Source: Diplonema japonicum
Taxonomy: Eukaryota > Protista > Euglenozoa: Diplonemea
DNA length: 64,000 nucleotides
NCBI GenBank assembly: GCA_964019335.1
Contig: OZ025722.1
Span: 248,001 to 312,000, forward strand
Reading direction: 5' to 3'
The notes beneath the pieces are model-generated. The model worked only from the letters and a program-made list of their open reading frames with translations. It did no database searches and was not told the DNA's origin. A program made the translations under genes and the position numbers. This document shows positions 58,373-64,000 of this stretch, piece after piece; position 1 is the first letter of the stretch, and the number at the start of each line of letters is the position of its first letter.

Positions 58373-59560
58373 ATGAACGACTTCCACGGCACGGGCAGCA
58401 CGCCGTGTCCGGACATAATGTGTGATGGGTTTTTGGTAAACTCGTCCGACCACGGGGAGATGCAGTGCTCCACCTGTGGAACGGTACAAGGCGGGGAAGA
58501 ATACGAAGTGGAGTTCGGCGAAGCCACAGGCAACGGACCACGCAGCGCAAGGATCACCCTGGAATCACAGAACAAAGAAGGCAGAGAGTACAAGAGATAC
58601 ATGAAGACAAAGACTGCAGTGACAAAACTATGCGAATGGCTGCGCCTCACCAAAACCGAAGCCGTTGCGGTGATGGCCGTCTTCACAAGGATGGGCGTCT
58701 CAAAAAGTTTCAAAGAACGCCTCGACGGGTGGAGCTTCACCAAGCAAGACGACATCATGGCATGCGCGGTCTTGACACAAGCCTCAGACGAGCTTCACCT
58801 TGGCTTAGTCCTGAAAGATATCCTCCTCCCAGGTGTCACAGCGAGACACGTTGGAGACTTACTCGACAGTATCACACTGGAGCAAGCCTCTCAAGAACCG
58901 AACGCAATTGGACCTGTTACATCAGTATTCGATTTCATCAAAACATGGTTGGACAGAAAGCTTTTTTCGGAACCGTTAAGAACGCTATTGGGTGCGGAGC
59001 AGGATCGAAAAACCCCGGAGGAACAGGTAGAGCTGCGGTTTCAAGAAGGTCATTGCGTCGCACCTGTTGTAGAGGCGAAGCTGAACGATATCTCCGTCAA
59101 GGTGCGTAAGATCGTGTCGCTCTCTAACATCCTGCACGGGATCAGCACGAACTCGCTTCTTCTTTTCGATGTTCTTGCTGCGGTTTATGTAACCGCCGTT
59201 GCCGTTGATCCTATCTGGCTCCATCACAAGCTCACTGACAAGCTTGTTTCTTCCCTCGCCAAGGCCGGTTCCATAAGCGACAGTGCATTGCTGCGTCGTG
59301 TCAAGCGGATCAACAACACCCTCTTCATCCTCGCTACAGAAGTGTCCGGAACCGCGTTCGCCATACATGGTAAGACTTTTGAACGAGACGGGCATTTGAA
59401 GCACACGCTTAAGAACATTGATGGTCTCATGGCCCGGCTCCCCGAGGTGCGGAGAAAACGAAAAGCGTTCCTGGACGAGAACCCAACCGGGAAGAAGAAA
59501 ACAAAAACCCTCTCCCCCTCCCCCGAACCGGTAAACGAAGATCTAGAACCGGAAAATTGA
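58373..59560 (+). CDS. TFIIB/BRF-related factor (Zn ribbon plus cyclin-like folds; ~395 aa)
   Basis: CPDIMC...DHGEMQCSTCGTV ribbon; helical repeats (LCEWLRL; MACAVL; LAAVYVTA; ISDSALLRRVK); basic NLS-like tail. Confidence 0.65.
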   Translation: MNDFHGTGSTPCPDIMCDGFLVNSSDHGEMQCSTCGTVQGGEEYEVEFGEATGNGPRSARITLESQNKEGREYKRYMKTKTAVTKLCEWLRLTKTEAVAVMAVFTRMGVSKSFKERLDGWSFTKQDDIMACAVLTQASDELHLGLVLKDILLPGVTARHVGDLLDSITLEQASQEPNAIGPVTSVFDFIKTWLDRKLFSEPLRTLLGAEQDRKTPEEQVELRFQEGHCVAPVVEAKLNDISVKVRKIVSLSNILHGISTNSLLLFDVLAAVYVTAVAVDPIWLHHKLTDKLVSSLAKAGSISDSALLRRVKRINNTLFILATEVSGTAFAIHGKTFERDGHLKHTLKNIDGLMARLPEVRRKRKAFLDENPTGKKKTKTLSPSPEPVNEDLEPEN

Positions 59561-59663
59561 AAAGGAAAAAAAAAAAAAAAAAAAAATAAATAAATAAATA
59601 AATAATATTTCAAGTCCCCCCACACAACCCATTTTAAAAGAAATCTTAACACAGGCTTCCCGT

Positions 59664-62600
59664 ATGAGTGGGGGCGGCACGGAGTGGTTAGATGGGATAA
59701 ACCATATCGATCCGTTTGGAAGCAGGCTGCATGTCGAGGCCGTCACAGCGAGGATACCCGAAAGGGACCCGAATCGGTCTCGGAAGGCGTCGTTTCTTAT
59801 TGACGCGACCACACCGCACGGGGATGTTTTGGTGAACGAGAACAGAGCGATAAAACCGGCTACAGGATGGGTCACTCTCCACTCCGTGGAGCCGATCATA
59901 GGCGGGGTCCACGAATGGTCGATAAAGATAGAGAACCAGGGTGAGACATCAGACGGAAGCGGCCTGATGTTAGGTATCGTTCCGAAGTCGTTCACGAGGT
60001 ACGATTCGTTCATATCGCAAGGGGGCGGGTGGTGCATCTCTCGTGCGGGGAAGTTCTACGGGCAGTGGAAGAGAATCGAAGGCATCGGCAGCCCTTCCAC
60101 GCTTGTCTTCGGGACTGGGGATACCGTAACATTCGTCTTGGATACCGAAGCATCACGTCTCACCGTCTCGGTGGGGACCCGTTTCATCGTCGGCGAGATA
60201 TCGAAGCTGCCGCCTGAGGTGTATCCAGCTGCTTCCTTGCACTACAGACAGCAGCACGTCTACTTCGAGAGCAACAGGGTCCGGCAGCGGTTGCCGTCAA
60301 CAAGCGGGTGGTTTCATAAAACGCTAAACCAAGGTTGCGATCTCATCTACCACCTCACGCCTTCTCACCTTCGGGCATGGGTCGACCAGCTGCTCTCCAA
60401 AGGCCTCGTTGGTAACGACGAACTATGGGGGCCTTCCCAATGGGAGCGTTACTACCGTCTTCGCGAGGACATGGTACGTGGCGTGTGTAACGGCATGAAA
60501 AAAGCAATGGACGCGCCCAAAGTCATCCAGCCCTCGTATGAAGAGCTAAAACCGAGCGTTGCTGACGGATGGCCGCGTGATACAGAAAGCATCGTCGCGA
60601 CGTGTGGGGTGGAGTTGTGTCTTTCGCTAGTCGCAGCCATGTCCGCAGGGAGCCCATGTGCCACCGATGCCATTTTTGATACCCTTTCCAATCAGTTCGC
60701 CTCGCAGCCCTTGTTCTCGCTGTCCCCGGAGACGAATAAAAGCCGGACCCAGTTCCCGCAAGAAGCCCTCGACAGAATATGCGAGATGGCCTCCAAAACC
60801 ACCACCCCCTCGTCCCTGCGACTGCTTCTCACCATCGCCCTTCAGCGTGGGTCAGCAACAGAGTGCCTTGTGGTGTTGTTGATGTTGTTGAGCGCCCGTG
60901 AAATGGAGCTCAAGGTCGCACCCCTAATGAACGAGCTTGCAAAGCTGCGTGCGTCGTACCACCTCCCATTGCTGCGGTTCGCCATTGATAATGAGAGGGT
61001 TGAGGTGCGGGCTGCAATAAGACGCGCGCCTGCAGCTGTTTGGGGCAGCGATCAAAAAAGCGACAAATGGGTAGTGCATAGCATGTCTAGTGACGGGCAC
61101 TGCGTGTATCTCTCTACAGCAGAGGGGCTCATCAAGATGGGGTGCGGAAAGGGCGGCGTGCCCGCCGAGATCATCGCCAGGAACTTCACCGACTTCCCAG
61201 GGCAGTCGATTTCCGTTGCGTACGTCGCCGGCACGCTGTACGCAAGGCCATCTGCTGCATATGTTGCAGCGTGCAAGCTTCCCTCTGGCTACGACATCCT
61301 TGTTGTGAACCCCGACAGCCTGTCTGTGGAAGGGTACATCAGTGCCAGCGGTGCCGGGAGTATCAAAACAGATGACAACAGGTACACTGCGATGGGCCTT
61401 GCTCTCGACACAACCGTACCTGAAGCACCTTCTACGGAAGCAGGCCAAGAGGTGCTATCCCCTCGCAAGAAAGGTATCGAGTCGCGTATTCTAACCGACG
61501 GGGTGTACTTGTACCTGGTGTCCGGTCATGCTCAGACTATATGCCGCGATGAGTTGGGCGGCCTAACGTACCCACCGACATACCCGCAGCAGTGCCGCAG
61601 CAAGCAGCTGAGCGTGACGGTCACCTCGTACGACCCCACCAACAACATGGCGCCTATCAGAACGGTTGTGCTGTCGGGGCCCCTCGCGGAAAACCTTCTG
61701 GAATCAACCGGCAGACAGCGCAAGGTTCTGCAGATATGCAAAGATACTTATGTGGATTTCGGGCCTGTTTCAGAGCGGCTGAGCTCGACCATTGGACATG
61801 TTACGATAGAAATGTGGATCCGACCAGGCTCGCCCGACGAGAGCAAGAACATCTACGTACATGGAGATAAAGCAAACGGGGGAGAGGTGTTTGTGGATAT
61901 CCACTCTCTGGATAACGGGTGGTACGTAAAGGGTGGGGCAAGGGTCGATGCAAGGAACGGTGTAAGATCTTGCGGGGCGGTGGCGAGCCTTCCCTCGCGC
62001 GCATGGGTCCACGTCGCACTGATCTTCGACGGGAGGTGGAACCTTCTCATCAATGGCATCGTGTCGGGCATGTCACGTGCCGAGGACCCACCTGTTGTTG
62101 TCACACGGCCGACCAAAAAATGGGTGCTCGGTGCTTCGTACGTGGGATGCATTGCAGAGCTACGAGTGTGGAAGTACGCACGGGCGCCTGCTGTTATCAA
62201 GCGCGACATGAACACGTCGCTCGTCGGCAACGAGTCGGGTCTTGTCTCGTACTACCCTTTGGATGAAGGACAAGGCCGTGTCGTATACGATTGGGCCTGC
62301 GGTACACTACGGCAAAACGGATGGATCTCGCGGAAGCCTTCCCCGGTATGGCGTGTGGTTCCCGACTTCCCCGTCGTGCAGAACTCACAGAGGCTTCACG
62401 CACATGCTGACATCTCCCCATGGCAGATCTTCTTGCCGTCTATCGAGAGCAGCGGGATGTGCACCAACGGTAGGGAGCTCGCGGTGCTTATACCAGACGT
62501 TGAAGATGCGGGTGCTGGGCAACGGCATGGGCTGACGATGTACTTCTCGCTTGAGGACGGTTCGTTGATACCACGGAACGATTTGGTGGCCCCGCCTGTT

Positions 62601-64000
62601 GACGGTGCATGTCACTTCGACAGGTGGCACAACGGGGTATGGTACGCGTCCATCACGTTCCAGGTGTTATGCTGGTCGCCGAGTGAGTGCGCGGTGCCTC
62701 CTCCGCGTTTGGACGCGTCGTACGATCAAGACAAGCCCACCCTTACTGCGTGGGAGACTGCTGTGAGGCTAGCAGATGCAATGAACGACCGTGCCTGCCG
62801 ACACATGGACCATGAGTGGCCGGCTGTGTTTCGCGACCTTGCGATCGACCCGAGCGTCAAGATGTTCTTCGTCATTGAAAGCTTGCTTCAATCGCAGTTC
62901 AAGACCATCTCCACGGGACGGCGTGCGTCCATCGTCGAGGACGACAGCATCGGGGTGGCATGCCTCCGCTTGCTCAGCGCAAACTTCCGTGTCATAAAAG
63001 CAGCAGGAATCGACCCCAAGGTTTTCGACCTCCGTGTGACTGATAAAAAAACCGGCTTCCTGTTGTATAACAAACTGCTCAGTATCATCGAGGCGCCCGA
63101 CCCCTCACGGGTCATCGACGAAGCTTGCAAGGCGTTCCGCGTGGGGCTGCAACTTTTTTTTAAACCAGAAGACCTGCTTGATCTCCTGAAGGATCTTCTA
63201 AAAAAAGGTGCTGGGGTCTGCAGCAGGGTCCTCGATGCGGTGTGCGGGCACATGGCAGGGTACAAGCAAGCCATCGGTGTTCTAAACACCTTTGACGGGA
63301 AGGAAGAAGAAGTAGAAGAGTTCTTCAGGCTGCTTCTCGATGCTTCTTTCGGCGAGGTGATCTCCGTGAAGGACTTCAGCGACGGCGCACGGCGGGAGTT
63401 CCCAATCACAGACATCGTCGTGACTCTGCAGGCAGCGATACTAGGTGCCGCAATGAAGGGAAAATCTCCGTATTTCTTGCTGATCTATAAACTGCTGTTG
63501 CTTCACGCAAGCAACCTTAAAAGGCTCGCGGAGCACTTCAAAGATCTAGACATCAACACATGTCTCCACGCACTGCGATGGTCGGCTTCCGGCAAGGCTC
63601 TCGGGTACCTAGTGATCTCAGTGCCCGTGATACCGCAGGACGAAATGGGGAAGTACCTAGCTGCATTGAAAGGAATCGCCTTGACACTAGAGGAAGTGTG
63701 TAAGCGGTTCAAGGAAGTCAAGGAAGTGGAGGACCAGTGGTCTGCGAACTGGAATGCGCAGGACCTTATCAGAAACGGTGGCGAACATGGCGTGAGCTCA
63801 TGGGTGTACGTCATGCGGCTGACTGTTGAATGTGTGGCAGCAAGGACGGCAGGGAAGATGATACAAGGTGTGCCAGAGGTGGCAGACGACTGCATCAACA
63901 AATGGGTTGATTCCCCGCTTTTTGCCGGAGGGTTACGTGACCCCACCGCAGGCATGCGGCTCTGCGACGAAATCGTCAGCGGGACAGGAACAGGCGGCGA
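59664..64000 (+). CDS. 5' part (>1445 aa, open at window end) of a giant SPRY + LamG/ConA-domain protein, probably a HECT E3 ubiquitin ligase
   Basis: Absent from the ORF track because there is no stop in the window. SPRY: GVHEWSIKIENQGETSDGSGLMLGIV. LamG: IEMWIRP, WVHVALIFDG, IAELRVWK.AR, GLVSYYPLDEG. WVDSPLFAGGL near the window end is in the same frame. The HECT domain itself is not seen. Confidence 0.8.
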   Translation, partial: MSGGGTEWLDGINHIDPFGSRLHVEAVTARIPERDPNRSRKASFLIDATTPHGDVLVNENRAIKPATGWVTLHSVEPIIGGVHEWSIKIENQGETSDGSGLMLGIVPKSFTRYDSFISQGGGWCISRAGKFYGQWKRIEGIGSPSTLVFGTGDTVTFVLDTEASRLTVSVGTRFIVGEISKLPPEVYPAASLHYRQQHVYFESNRVRQRLPSTSGWFHKTLNQGCDLIYHLTPSHLRAWVDQLLSKGLVGNDELWGPSQWERYYRLREDMVRGVCNGMKKAMDAPKVIQPSYEELKPSVADGWPRDTESIVATCGVELCLSLVAAMSAGSPCATDAIFDTLSNQFASQPLFSLSPETNKSRTQFPQEALDRICEMASKTTTPSSLRLLLTIALQRGSATECLVVLLMLLSAREMELKVAPLMNELAKLRASYHLPLLRFAIDNERVEVRAAIRRAPAAVWGSDQKSDKWVVHSMSSDGHCVYLSTAEGLIKMGCGKGGVPAEIIARNFTDFPGQSISVAYVAGTLYARPSAAYVAACKLPSGYDILVVNPDSLSVEGYISASGAGSIKTDDNRYTAMGLALDTTVPEAPSTEAGQEVLSPRKKGIESRILTDGVYLYLVSGHAQTICRDELGGLTYPPTYPQQCRSKQLSVTVTSYDPTNNMAPIRTVVLSGPLAENLLESTGRQRKVLQICKDTYVDFGPVSERLSSTIGHVTIEMWIRPGSPDESKNIYVHGDKANGGEVFVDIHSLDNGWYVKGGARVDARNGVRSCGAVASLPSRAWVHVALIFDGRWNLLINGIVSGMSRAEDPPVVVTRPTKKWVLGASYVGCIAELRVWKYARAPAVIKRDMNTSLVGNESGLVSYYPLDEGQGRVVYDWACGTLRQNGWISRKPSPVWRVVPDFPVVQNSQRLHAHADISPWQIFLPSIESSGMCTNGRELAVLIPDVEDAGAGQRHGLTMYFSLEDGSLIPRNDLVAPPVDGACHFDRWHNGVWYASITFQVLCWSPSECAVPPPRLDASYDQDKPTLTAWETAVRLADAMNDRACRHMDHEWPAVFRDLAIDPSVKMFFVIESLLQSQFKTISTGRRASIVEDDSIGVACLRLLSANFRVIKAAGIDPKVFDLRVTDKKTGFLLYNKLLSIIEAPDPSRVIDEACKAFRVGLQLFFKPEDLLDLLKDLLKKGAGVCSRVLDAVCGHMAGYKQAIGVLNTFDGKEEEVEEFFRLLLDASFGEVISVKDFSDGARREFPITDIVVTLQAAILGAAMKGKSPYFLLIYKLLLLHASNLKRLAEHFKDLDINTCLHALRWSASGKALGYLVISVPVIPQDEMGKYLAALKGIALTLEEVCKRFKEVKEVEDQWSANWNAQDLIRNGGEHGVSSWVYVMRLTVECVAARTAGKMIQGVPEVADDCINKWVDSPLFAGGLRDPTAGMRLCDEIVSGTGTGG

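Overview
Eukaryotic, gene-dense window, most consistent with a euglenozoan (probably diplonemid) nuclear genome; this is an inference. All ~21 gene models are on the + strand. They are separated by A/T/C/G homopolymer-rich spacers, and candidate spliced-leader acceptors (..ACAG) lie upstream of many ATGs. Seven short (31-54 nt) GT-AG introns are needed to restore reading frames. These introns are A-rich, mostly poly(A)-filled, and have no polypyrimidine tract. More than half of the window (8.7-43.3 kb) is a four-copy tandem array of a GC3-rich gene for a ~2,430-aa secreted protein. Its parts are a signal peptide, RxAxxL motifs, a variable (PTPV)n linker, a long beta-rich region, tape-measure-like amphipathic helices, five HYR-like repeats and a choice-of-anchor-A-like C-terminal domain with His/Trp-rich inserts. 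Copy 1 is frameshifted by a 14-bp deletion and has a divergent His-rich segment. Flanking genes: PPIL4-type cyclophilin-RRM, secreted EGF + beta-propeller glycosidase-like protein, TPR-like and EF-hand-like proteins, a YbaB/EbfC-like protein, an FN3-repeat + NEURL4-like ADP-ribosyltransferase, a CPA2 antiporter, a SnoaL-like protein, a GAF protein, an enoyl-CoA hydratase with SKL, a metallophosphoesterase-CBM1 fusion, a His-rich protein, a TFIIB/BRF-like factor and the 5' part of a giant SPRY/LamG protein (probably a HECT E3). All family calls come from motif recognition by eye; no database searches were run.
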